A DNA stretch of 63,478 nucleotides, counting the filler, from Octopus bimaculoides (taxonomy: Eukaryota): the NCBI RefSeq assembly GCF_001194135.2. It is 4 parts of 4 records of this genome, joined end to end, with 100 filler letters (N's around TTAATTAATTAA, not from the genome) between each part and the next. Parts side by side here need not be neighbours in the genome. Positions count along the whole stretch, not along the records: positions 30,553 to 57,706 come from NC_068982.1; positions 57,807 to 61,424 come from NW_026429175.1; positions 61,525 to 63,478 come from NW_026382357.1; 1 more part is not named here. The stretch is one strand, 5' to 3'. Position numbers and translations under genes: made by a program. The notes beneath the pieces were generated by a model, which saw nothing but the letters and a program-made list of their open reading frames with translations, ran no database searches and had not been told where the DNA came from. This document shows, piece after piece, positions 52,373 through 63,478 of the stretch. Position 1 is the first letter of the stretch, and every line of letters begins with the position of its first letter.

Positions 52373-52417
52373 CTTAATGTTAAATAAAGTGAAGATGCTC
52401 ATTCAGTTTTTCTTTAC

Positions 52418-52614
52418 CACAGGTATCTTTTCCAGGTTCTTTTTCTCTGTGTAAAATACTATACACACTGCTTACGTTAAGAACTTTATCCTTTAATGAA
52501 GTTGAAAAGCTCTGAACTTCCGAGAAGTTCTGAAACTTATCTATTGTGGCTGATGCACCTTTAGAAGTAACTGTCATGTTGGTATTGAAATAGTAAGTTT
52601 TCTCAACTATTTCT
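52418..52614 (-). CDS. Candidate coding exon (EIVEKTYYFNTNMTVTSKG...EKEPGKDTC); alternatively a first coding exon starting at the ATG at 52577
   Basis: caattttcttgtctag| acceptor, 197-nt open frame of normal amino-acid composition, TGTG|gtaaag donor; a second acceptor ttattgcag lies at 52698. Confidence 0.5.
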
Positions 52615-53387
52615 CTAGACAAGAAAATTGTTTTCTACTTCGAGTCTGTCTTAAGATATTTAGCATGAAGAAACACAACGATATCTTTCCTGGGAAACTG
52701 CAATAAGAGGATTAAACGCAGAATGAAATCTACGAGTGAGAGAAAACAAATAAGATAAAAATAGAGAAAATTTGGATGAAAATATAATTATAATAGAATG
52801 TTGGTAAAAGAAATATTAGATCTGCGAGAGAACAGAATTGGCCAGTGATGTACTTGAATAAAATGATCTGCGTTACCTTAAGAAATAAGAAACAACAGAT
52901 ACCGTTGCGTTAATTCGGGAGCACCTATATGTGGATACTATATATATATATATGTGCAATCCCCAAAACATTTCTAAGGACTCATTTATAAAATCACTTA
53001 AATAGAGGAACAGCGTTCTTTAAAGATAAGAAAAATTATATACATCTAAATATACCTATTAACACGTCAACAACTCATATACAACTCCGAATACTTCGGT
53101 CCAGGGATGCATACATACGAAAAAACAAGTAACATTCTGACCCGACAATTTGAATTCTGTTATTTTTACGAGTCCTAACACTTCATTTGTGATGAACTGG
53201 TTTCCACAGGTATCTTATTCATACATACACTCTCTCTCGCGCGCACACATACTCACACACACACACGACAGAGGTAAATAGACACCCAACAAAATATCGT
53301 TTTATGTTTATTTCAACTTGAAAAGGTATATATTCTTTTATTAATTGACATTGTTATGGTTCAGTTTCTATATGTGACTGTTTAATC

Positions 53388-53880
53388 ATGCCACGTACAA
53401 AAGAAGCCTTAGAACTGTCCGAATTTCAAAGAGGTCGTATTGCCAGTCAATCTGATGGTGGACTTCGCCAGCGTAAAATCGCAGAAATCCTTGGGATCCC
53501 GCTTTCTACAGTTAATAGAGTGATGGTGCAATTCACCTCACCCAGATCAACCAGAGCCCTCTGACAGGACCCTTCGCTTTGTTAAGGGAAGTGTGTAGGA
53601 TAATCCTCGTTGCAAGGCCTTTGACATACCAGAACAAGTTGATGTTAGTCTCGGAACAACTGTTAGATATCTCCACAACCTTGGCTACTATGGCAGAGCA
53701 GCAAGAAAGAAGCCACTTCTTCGACAAGCTGATACCAAGCGGAGAAGAGATTGGACCAGTAAAATGGCGGAGAGGCCACTAGCATTTTGGGACACTGTCA
53801 TATTCTATGATGAGTCCAGATTTGCTGTATTTTCTGACAGTGATCGAGAGTAAGTCTGGAGACGTACAGACTGGAGCTCT
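53388..53880 (+). mobile_element. Tc1-like transposase 5' fragment
   Basis: [45 protein letters not shown] (HTH); later YDESRFAVFSD, similar to the Tc1 SDESRF motif; frameshifted. Confidence 0.75.
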
Positions 53881-53992
53881 CTCAAGGGATAATTTGGCGC
53901 CATTCGAAAGCTAAAACAATGCAAAGTGTATTGTGACTAGAAGGGCATAATAGCATTTGACGGTCTGGTCGATACCGTAATATACGTGTGTG

Positions 53993-54024
<32 letters not shown>

Positions 54025-54322
54025 GTATAGTCGATCAGTCAAGCGGTTTTGGTAAAAACAGTTGGTTGGCCTCTCTCTGTATCTCCGTATATATAATTTG
54101 ACGTATTATAGACTCATTCTACGACCCCTAAAAAAACAATGGAGCGTTTTGCTCCTAATAAAAATAATAAAAAAAAAACATTATATATTCATAGTACATA
54201 TTGAGGTCTTTTTTTCTTACATCTGTAACCGCTAACTTGGTTTTATACGCACACACATACACACACACACACACACACACANNNNNNNNNNNNNNNNNNN
54301 NNNNNNNNNNNNNNNNNNNNNN

Positions 54323-54366
<44 letters not shown>

Positions 54367-56258
54367 GCATACACACACACTTATTTACACATACGCTTAT
54401 ATCCACATACAACCATATTGGGCTAGTTGTGCAAATAAATGTTAACAAATTCAATATATTTTGTATTGTGCTGAAATGGTAACTTGCCAGGACCAATCAC
54501 TAGCCATGTTAGGCTTTATACGTATTTGCTTTGATTTTTCAAATGCCACCGTCTTCTACTTAGCTATTTAGCCTTTTGAAAAATGAATAAAATGAATCTA
54601 TCACGTACTGCACTCTTTGCAATAGGCTGAAGCTTGCTAATACAAATTTGTGGCTTTATACCAAAACCAGATGTCGATATTTACTGATAAAATGATGAGC
54701 TCTATACAACAATTGGTAAGTCCTTTATGATTAGGGTCTCTGACGTAATCTCTCTTTGAGTTTGGAAGTGGTTTCTTTAATACTATAGTTCAATGTCTAT
54801 GCAACGTGAATTATCATTGCCATTCTATCTAATATACAATATATTTCTACCTCGTCAAAAATAATAGTAATTTTTGGTGAATCTTAATTCAAATATAAAT
54901 ACACATTTAGTATAAATACATATTTAACAAATAAACGAAACAATCCTTAGATTAGAAAAAGAAAAAGCATTTAAAGGAGAATACGATAAGCAATTTTGTT
55001 TTAAGTTCCATTGTTATCAGTGCCTCCAATACAAAAATGGACATTTCTAAGAAGAATTTCAGGAAGCAATTTTTAAATTTCTGATATATATTTCTTATTT
55101 CTTGTCTTTTTCTTTAACTGAATTTCGTTCTTCTAAAATACATTTTCTTATGATGAAATATTTTTTTTCATATAATAATTTATTTCCATACATATTCCTA
55201 GGGAAAAAACATTAATGCTTCTCACCTGGCTTGAATCGAATTAACCATCTCTTCTTTTTTTTTTGACTATGGAAGCATGCTGAACGCTAAATTATTAATA
55301 TATAAAATTCTTATATAAATGCCACCAGGATGCCTCAAGGGATGGATGAAAATCGATGCATAATACTTTACTCCAACTTCATGTCGTTCAGCAAATGAAA
55401 ACTTTCTTGAGTGAAAGACTACTCACTTATAAGTAACTTTACTAGAATGGTTGCCGTCTAATTCCATTGGTAAGGTAGATCTAATTCTCTGTAGATGTGA
55501 GAATTGATTCTTCTATTCTTCTTGAGTAAACTCTTAAGTAAATTAAGAATATTTGAAAATTTTCTGTAAAATCGACTGATATTAAATGTATCTTTTATTA
55601 ATTTATGTGAAAAGCGTAACATTTTAATTCTGTTGCAGAGCACATTAAATTTAAAATAGATTGTCAGATTCACTTAATTCACAACAAATGCAGAAACGGC
55701 ACAGGTGTGCCTTGGGTATTTAGGAGAATCATTTTGTTGGATTTTAATTCCAAGCTAAACATTTTTCATTTATATTTAAGCAAATTACTCATCTTTTTTG
55801 CCTTTCTAACAGGCCTCACGTTTTGGAGGCTAGTTGTACTGGAGCTTCTCCTGTTATAAGTTTATGAGATTTACGCACCTCTCCTTCCTCCGTTTTATTT
55901 TCGGGATGATTTTTACGTGTTCTCACTAAATGATTAATTTTAGCACAGCGTTGTAAATGAATAAAGAATTTATATAACTACAAAGTTACATCGTATCCAT
56001 CCGTGTTTTGTATATTACTGTAATAATTTAGGTCTGATGATCATCTACAGCCTACGGAAACAGACATTTTGGTGTTCTATAAATCTGAGGTCTTTTATGT
56101 ATGACAGAAATATAGATTGAAAAGGTGATTCCTTAATGAAATTAGTTTGTAGAGTTATCATATGGAAATTCCGTCCTCGTGTAGTAGTATATACATGTAT
56201 AGGACAAGTCAACATGGCAAAGTCTAGTTCTCACCAAGCTGAGCTCATTGAATGATTG

Positions 56259-56468
56259 AAACCTTTAGTATTTAAACAGGCCATATCTGGGCCAAATATT
56301 CTACGTTTTGTGTTCAAAATGGCCAGATGTCCTTCCACACCAATCCCCCAAATTATTCTAAAAATTAACAGTTATCTCAACGAAATCTTAAAGCTACAAA
56401 ATTAATTCAAATCGTGTCAATGAGTAAGCATTGTATTGGACAGAACAATGTGAATGCTAAAGGGTTAA
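56259..56468. mobile_element. MITE with ...CCTTTAG / CTAAAGGGTTAA ends
   Basis: Left aacctttagtattt; right aatgctaaagggttaa. Confidence 0.55.
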
Positions 56469-56551
56469 ACTCCACATTTTAAGAAAGAAGAGAATAGTAG
56501 TTCACTATAATCTCCTCCTTCTACAGTGAACTGAGAATACACAGGTATCTA

Positions 56552-56768
56552 TAAGGCGGCGCGATGGCAGAAACGTTAGCGCGCCGCGCGAAATGCTTAG
56601 CAGTATTTCATCTGTCTTTACGTTCTGAGTTCAAATTCCGCCGAGGTCGACTTTGCCTTTCATCCTTTCGGGGTCGATAAATTAAGTACCAGTTGCGTAC
56701 TGGGTTCGATCTAATCGACTGGACCCCTCCACCAAAATTTCGGGCCTTGTGCTTAGAGTAGGAAAGAA
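56552..56768 (+). mobile_element. SINE family B, full length, CpG-rich copy
   Basis: Head aggcggcgcgatggcagaaacgttagc...gagttcaaattcc; core ttgcctttcatcctttcggggtcgataaattaagtacc; tail gtgcttagagtaggaaagaat. Confidence 0.85.
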
Positions 56769-57706
56769 TACACAAGTATCTGCGTGCAGCTGCATTAAAT
56801 CATCTAGCGAAAATTTCAGTTTTTATAAAGAAACCCCTTCAAAGCTAGTGATAAGAAAGAATAGAAAGCTAGTGATAACTTACTACATGTAAGCGCTTCT
56901 ATCATCAGTTTAGTGCCCTTAAGGTTTGTGTCAGCCTGAAATCTCCAGCGTACATATTAACATTTAGTCATTTCGAAGTTTCCAAATTAAATATTTCTAC
57001 AATGATCTATGATTATACATTCAGAAACGAAAATCGACAATTACGCATAGCTCCAGATACCTAGAGAATGAGCTTGTAGAAAGATGTAAGACGACCTTTT
57101 AAAAAAATCTCACCCATAAAAATAGAAGAGTGTGTTATAATCTAAACATATCTCGTGGCTTCTCCTTACACTCATGTGAATTGAGGTTGTAAAAATTAAC
57201 TGACTTTGGGGTAGACATATAACTCTATTGATATTATACGCAACAATTCAGTCCATTTTTGTGCAGGAAATCTCGCATCTTAAGAACTAGATTAGCAGTG
57301 GTTTTTGTTTGTACTGATTTCATCTGATTTGTTAACTTATATATTAAATCAGAGTACTCTCTGTTTTTGATACACGACGAAATAAAAGAGATAACTTAGT
57401 AAAGTTTACCATCAGGTTATGAATAAATAACATGTTTAGTTGGTTGTATTAGAAATGCCATATTTGACATATACCACGAATACAAAAGCTAACATATTTT
57501 TCTCCGACTGAGCAGGTGTTAAGAAATGTGATTTTCTTTTACCACTGTAATTTTTGTATTTCAACTGATATTATATATATGTGTATATATATGTGTGTAA
57601 ATATATATATATATATGTGTATATATATGTGTATATATATGTGTGTAAATATATATATATATATGTGTATATATATGTGTATATATATGTGTGTAAATAT
57701 ATATAT

Positions 57707-57806
57707 NNNNNNNNNNNNNNNNNNNNNNNNNNNNNNNNNNNNNNNNNNNNTTAATTAATTAANNNNNNNNNNNNNNNNNNNNNNNNNNNNNNNNNNNNNN
57801 NNNNNN
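57707..57806. other. Artificial assembly spacer 44N-TTAATTAATTAA-44N
   Basis: Identical to 30453-30552. Confidence 0.9.
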
Positions 57807-57935
57807 TTAAACGTATATTTTTTTTTAAAAAAAAGCTAAAAAGACTCACTAAATGACAATTCTTAAATGTTTGTAGTGTCCTGTATTGTCCCATCTATGT
57901 ATGATATTTTATTATCGTAATAAAGAGAATTGGCA

Positions 57936-58095
57936 AGCTACTTCAGGCTGATGACGGGCAAAGACTCAGAAACATGTCCCTGAATGCTGGCTAGGCTGGG
58001 TGGAGGAGCTTGTCTCCCCCTCGCAAACTTAAGGACACAGTCATTGTGTCAAGGCCGACAGGAAGCGGTCCAGCTTCCTAGGGCTAAACGGCAGT
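57936..58095 (+). mobile_element. Second copy (5'-truncated or diverged) of the hammerhead-bearing element
   Basis: Hammerhead followed by cccctcgcaaac..ggacacag, hairpins gacaca/tgtgtc (58034-58050) and aggaagc/gcttcct (58060-58079), tail agggctaaac. Confidence 0.6.
57942..57984 (+). ncRNA. Type I hammerhead ribozyme motif
   Basis: Helix I ttcagg(57942-57947)/cctgaa(57979-57984); canonical CTGATGA; helix II (c)ggg/ctc(a) with loop caaaga; GAAA; palindromic helix III ACATGT; GUC triplet, predicted cleavage after 57978. Confidence 0.75.
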
Positions 58096-58354
58096 AGTGT
58101 GTTCCCTTATTGGGATTGTCACATTAAGTTGACAATATACTACAACTTTATATATATATATGAATATAGACATATCTGTACACACACATATACATAAACA
58201 TATCTGTACACACACATATACATGCATATACGCATACATATATATATCTATATCTACATGCATATACATATGTACATATACACACATATATATTTATATA
58301 CATATCTACATACACATACACACAGACATATTAACGCACACACACACATATATG

Positions 58355-58719
58355 TATTCTTTTACTTGTTTCAGTCATTTGACTGCGGCCATGTTGGAGC
58401 GCCGCCTTTAGTCGAACAAATCGACCCCAGGACTTATTCTTTGTAAACTTAGTACTTATTCTATTGGTCTCTTTGTCGAACTGCTATGTTACGGGGACGT
58501 AAACACACCAGCATCAGTTGTCAAGCGATGTTGGGGGGACAAAAGTAGACACACAAAGACACACACACACATATATACGACGGGCTTCTTTCAGCCTCCG
58601 TCTACCAAATCCACTCACAAGGCTTTGGTCGCCCCGAGGCTATAGTAGAAGGTGCCACGTAGTGGGATTGAACCCGGAACCATGTGGTTGATAAGCAAGC
58701 TACTTACAACACAGCCACT

Positions 58720-58722
<3 letters not shown>
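58355..58722 (-). mobile_element. SINE family A, full length, CpG-retaining copy
   Basis: Reverse complement of 6322-6770. Confidence 0.85.
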
Positions 58723-58801
<79 letters not shown>

Positions 58802-59439
58802 CACACACAGACACAAATACATATGCATAACTCCATATATATAGCATTAGATATAAATACGAACAGCATATCTCATGTACACAAATACTTATATATATAC
58901 ACAAATATATGATCATTCATACATAAATAGAGATGCACACGTATAAATGGATACTTACGAGTACAAATATACATACTTGATAAAATTTTCTAAGCACATA
59001 TTTAGAATTGTGTGTACAAGATAGAACACTCTCGCGTCTTTCATTAAGCAATTTCTTCGTAGATGTTAATATCTGCTATAACTCATCTATACATAGGTTG
59101 CATCTAGCATCGTTAATTTTGTACGATCTAGCATGAGTATTTTCCAATTTATGTTGCATAATTTCTTACTATCCTTCAATTTCCAAATTAGTTTATTCAA
59201 ACTAGTACTGTTAAACCTATCTCTATTCCCAAAGGTGAACTCATATTTTGCATTCCGTTTTTTAATAAAATTTTCCGTTGATTCTATGTAAAAATAATTC
59301 TACGGACACGTGGAAATATGCAAGTCACTAAATATAATGACTACTGCTTTAACGAACTCTCTTCTCTTTATCCTTCTACTGACACGTGGAAATATGTAAG
59401 TCACTAAAATGTAAGACTATTGAACTTTACATCGCAAGC

Positions 59440-61330
59440 CCTCATTTTATGAACGAAGGTGATCACACAACAACGAGGATGCATTCAAGGTCTAAAGTTT
59501 GGCACTTGCTGGATTATGTCATCATCCGCAAGCGTGACATCTATGACATCTGTAATGTCAAGTCCTTTCATGTATCGGAATAATGGACAGAGCACAGTCT
59601 GGTGCGAGCAAAATTCCGGAGAAGAAGGCCAGTCGGCATTCTTCGGAGTCTGAATGTTCACAGATATATGATGCTGTGTTGAGATAAGAGCTTCAGACTC
59701 GCTTGTCCAGCATTGAAAATGCTACAGCACAGGAAAATTTTCGAAACTAGGTTCTTCAATGTGTTGCTGAAATACTGGGATATGCTACTGTCAGACCCAG
59801 AGACTGGTTTGATGAAAATGATGCTGAAATTCAGCGACTATTAGCTGTAAAGCACCATGCCCACAGCGTATTGCTGTACAGAGGACTTTCAGCTGTGCAG
59901 CGAAAGATGCAGAACACTTGGTGAGAGGATCTTTCTCGTGATGCTGATGAAAATGACAGCAAGAAGCTTTACCATTTTATGAAGCAAGTTTATGGACCTA
60001 AGAGCTCTGCATCAGCTACTTTGCTTTCCAAGGAGTCTTCTACTCTATTTACTAAATCAACAGAGATCCCAGGTCACTGGATTGAACATTTCTCTGAACT
60101 TCTAAACCATGAATCAGTTGTGGATGAAACAGTGATTGATGCTATGCAACAAAGACCTACATTGGCTCCTTTGTATCTATAATTAAGACCTATCATTGGC
60201 TCACTTTGTATCCATAATTAAATCATTTCATGATAGGATGGAGGCTTGGGTCTATGTTGGAAGTGGCNNNNNNNNNNNNNNNNNNNNNNNNNNNNNNNNN
60301 NNNNNNNNNNNNNNNNNNNNNNNNNNNNNNNNNNNNNNNNNNNNNNNNNNNNNNNNNNNNNNNNNNNNNNNNNNNNNNNNNNNNNNNNNNNNNNNNNNNN
60401 NNNNNNNNNNNNNNNNNNNNNNNNNNNNNNNNNNNNNNNNNNNNNNNNNNNNNNNNNNNNNNNNNNNNNNNNNNNNNNNNNNNNNNNNNNNNNNNNNNNN
60501 NNNNNNNNNNNNNNNNNNNNNNNNNNNNNNNNNNNNNNNNNNNNNNNNNNNNNNNNNNNNNNNNNNNNNNNNNTGCTTCTTGCAAGGGATTTGGGCCCAG
60601 CAATAGCCTGGACAAGACTGTTGTAATGTTCCAGCCTGCACCAGGAAATCCATATGTGGAACCAGCTATCTTGGTTGCAGGAACAATACTGAAAGTGGTA
60701 GACAAGTTTGTCTACCTGGCCAGCACACTCAGCCGTTCTTGTTCCTTGGATGATGAAATATATTTCAGGCTGCAGAGAGCAACTGATTCCTTCCTTTCTC
60801 TTTGGTCTTGTGTCTGGTCCCAGCACGGCAACGCAAAGCAAACAAAAATTGCTGTGTTCCGTGCACGTGTAGTGACATCGTTACTTTACTCATGTGAGAG
60901 ACGGACCCTTTACAAACGTCATGTTAGGGTCCTTGAGCGCTTTCATCAGAGATGTCTTAGACACATTCTGGATGTTGGCTGGACCTTAAAAACTCTTGAG
61001 GACAGCTGATATCTTGAGTATTTGGGCGACGGTGCACAAGCACTGGTTACGTTGGACTGGACAACTTATCAAAATGAAGGATAGCAGGATCCCTAAGCAG
61101 ATGCTATATAGGGAACTTGTTAGTGGAAAAAGACCCCGGCAGAACCAGGGCTGCGATTTAAGGACTGCGTCAAGTCCTCGTTAAAGTCCTGTGATATGCA
61201 GGAGACTAACTGGGAGAACAATGCCTGTTATCGCGACAGATGGAGGAAGCAGGTTAAGGAGGCGGACGACACTTTGAGAGAGCACGTATTCTGCATGTAC
61301 TTAGGTATGCTGCTCGAAAGCGCACTGCTG
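59440..61330 (+). mobile_element. RTE/BovB-like LINE, degenerate and internally deleted, spanning a gap
   Basis: MHSRSKVWHLLDYVIIRKRD (end of the endonuclease), DWFDEND, MKQVYGP..WIEHFSELLN, FVYLASTLSR..LDDEI, SLLYSCE..LERFHQRCLR, LRWTG..DSRIPKQMLY.EL..G; stops and frameshifts. Confidence 0.9.
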
Positions 61331-61424
61331 GTGTAGTGAATGTGGAAAGCTTGGTCTGCAATGTTTACAGTCGTGTATGCTTGTCAAGAGCGGGGTTCAT
61401 TAGCCACCAAGGAAGCCGCAAATG

Positions 61425-61524
61425 NNNNNNNNNNNNNNNNNNNNNNNNNNNNNNNNNNNNNNNNNNNNTTAATTAATTAANNNNNNNNNNNNNNNNNNNN
61501 NNNNNNNNNNNNNNNNNNNNNNNN
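61425..61524. other. Artificial assembly spacer 44N-TTAATTAATTAA-44N
   Basis: Identical to 30453-30552. Confidence 0.9.
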
Positions 61525-62024
61525 ATAAAATTAGTACCAGTTACGTACTGGGTCGATGTAATCGACTTAATCCCTTCCCTCAAATCTGAGTCCTTGTACT
61601 TCCAGTAGAAAGGGTTTTTTTTTATAAGGCAGTGAACTTGCAGAAGCGTTAACCTGCCAGACAATATTCTTAGCGGCATTTCTTATAATTTTACGTTCTG
61701 AGTTCAAACTCCGCCGAGGTCGACTTTGCTGTTCATCCTTGCGAGGTCGATGAAATAAATACCAGCTGAATACTGGGGATCGATGTTAATCAACTTCACC
61801 TCTCCCCCAAAATTGCTGGTCTTGTGCCAAATTTGAAACCAAAATTTTACTTTACGTACTTCAAGATTCCCTGTTTCCAATCCCACCTAAATTTTGTCTT
61901 TTTATAAACGCACTACTTCACGTTTTTTTTTATGAATGTTTTATAAATTCTTATGACGTCAACAATAGTGACCCGTTGTGTTTTTCTTTCTTTCTTTTTT
62001 CCACACCCGTCTCGTATCGTTCAG

Positions 62025-62134
62025 CTCTCTTTGTGGATGTTGGTAATAACTACTCAGTCCTCGACCATCCCAATATCTGCTTCGTCTATGAATACGTGGG
62101 ATCGAAAGATTCAGAACGTGAACAGTCACAATAT
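62025..62134 (+). CDS. Possible 110-nt exon (LFVDVGNNYSVLDHPNICFVYEYVGSKDSEREQSQY, or an alternative frame)
   Basis: Pyrimidine tract...tcgttcag| acceptor and ATAT|gtaaga donor; two frames are open, so the product is undetermined. Confidence 0.3.
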
Positions 62135-62189
62135 GTAAGAACAGCTTTTGCTAATTTCTCCCTGCTGTCGTCATCGTCGTCGTCTTTTT

Positions 62190-62540
62190 TTTCTTCTTCT
62201 TCTTCTTCTTCTTCTTCTTCTTCTTCTTCTTCTTCTTCTTCTTCTTCTTCTATTTCTTCTATTTCTCCTCTTTCTTCCTCTCGTGTTATTGTCGTTCTTT
62301 TTCCCCCCTCGTCTTCTCTTTCTTCCACTTTACTTGCATTTCTTCGTTTCCTTCTTGTTCTTCCTTTCTTTCCCTTTCTTTCTTCTTGTACTCTTTTTTT
62401 TTTACTTTTTCTTATTTTCCCTCTTCTGTTTCTTTCTCGCTTCCTAAGTCTTCTTCTTCTTCTTCCAATTCTTCTTCTTCTTCTTCTTCTTCTTCTTCTT
62501 CTTCTTCTTCTTCTTCTTCTTCTTCTTCTTCTTCTTCTCC
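62190..62540. repeat. (TTC)n microsatellites and CT-rich low-complexity tract
   Basis: Direct observation. Confidence 0.95.
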
Positions 62541-63329
62541 CTTCACCAGCACTACCACCATCGCCACTACTACTACTATCTCTTCCTCTTTCCTTTTACT
62601 TCTTTTTCTTCTTCCACGTCTTCCAATTTATTGCTCACGTCTATAATCTCATCTGTAGAGATTGTTGTAATTCAGTATTGTTGTACTATCAGTATTAAAT
62701 TTTATCTTGTCATTGTTTTCGTTCTTGTGACTATTACATGTCTTGCCTTTCTTTTCTTTTCATGTATTAATATCACTAATATTACCACTTACAAAGAAAG
62801 GATTTTTTTTTTCACTATTTCAAAGAAATGGCAGAAAAAATGGCGCAACTCTCACCATTTCTCTTTCACTCTTTTTCTATCTTTCCATCCTTACTTGTTT
62901 CTTCATCTTCCCGCCTCCTTTTCTTTCTCTCTTTCTTTCAATTATTTTAAATAATATATTACTAATTCTAATCTATTACTAATTAACTACGTGCACATAT
63001 GCGAATATATTTTAATTGCACAATAGTTATATAAATCTCAAGAACACCACACTGCTGTATACCTAGCGCAATCAATACTCGCAAACGATGCAGGTTCGCT
63101 ACACAGTAGAAGCACTTAAATATATGACAATTGATCGCTCGCATCACCTCGTCTGTCTCTACGAGAACGCAAGAAATAGCAATCAAATCTCCTTTAAACC
63201 GTTTTGGAAAAGGAAGGAAACTTTGTGTAATACATTTCTTTTAGTTGAAATTATAGCCCTTAATCTTCCAGATATACGCATGCATAGATATGTAATATTT
63301 GTTCACACACGCACGCACATATATATATG

Positions 63330-63470
63330 GAATTTTCCTTTTTTTCTTTCCAATGAAGAGCTCTGCTCGAAACGTCAAAAATTCTCTCTTTTTTCTGAGC
63401 GTCAAACTAATGCATTCCATGTGCACTTCCTCTTGATGTTTGTTATTATTATTTTCAATGTTTGTTTATT
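63330..63470 (+). mobile_element. Decayed repeat with a minimal (Penelope-type) hammerhead remnant
   Basis: ttt-CCAATGA-a-gagc-tct-gctc-GAAA-CGTC-aaa at 63347-63379; related to 395-540. Confidence 0.45.
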
Positions 63471-63478
63471 CTATTTGA

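Overview
AT-rich, repeat-saturated animal genomic DNA with many N gaps. The dense tRNA-type SINEs, often with internal microsatellites, suggest an octopus-like cephalopod (inference, not verified). Three identical 100-bp spacers (44N-TTAATTAATTAA-44N) show the window is four artificially joined pieces: 1-30452, 30553-57706, 57807-61424 and 61525-63478. Almost all ORFs in the supplied track are microsatellite, gap or transposon noise. Four kinds of real structure were found by reading the sequence. (1) A minus-strand, unidentified protein-coding gene in 1-30 kb built from very small exons (19-78 nt) with canonical GT/AG sites; nine consecutive exons join in frame. (2) Two type I hammerhead-ribozyme folds on the + strand (131-175 and 57942-57984). 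They sit in related short elements sharing a two-hairpin 3' module and a GGGCTAAA tail, which suggests a ribozyme-bearing non-autonomous retroelement family. A 250-bp palindrome built from two inverted copies of that 3' module lies at 7241-7492, and two decayed minimal hammerhead-like motifs of another family lie at 429-463 and 63347-63380. (3) Decayed RTE and RLE-type LINE fragments, mariner/Tc1/Tigger remnants (one full-length mariner with TIRs), MITEs and dozens of SINEs. (4) A CpG-decay contrast between the gene-containing left piece and the right-hand pieces. No rRNA, intact tRNA or CRISPR array was seen. SINE and microsatellite lists are representative, not exhaustive, and repeat boundaries are approximate.
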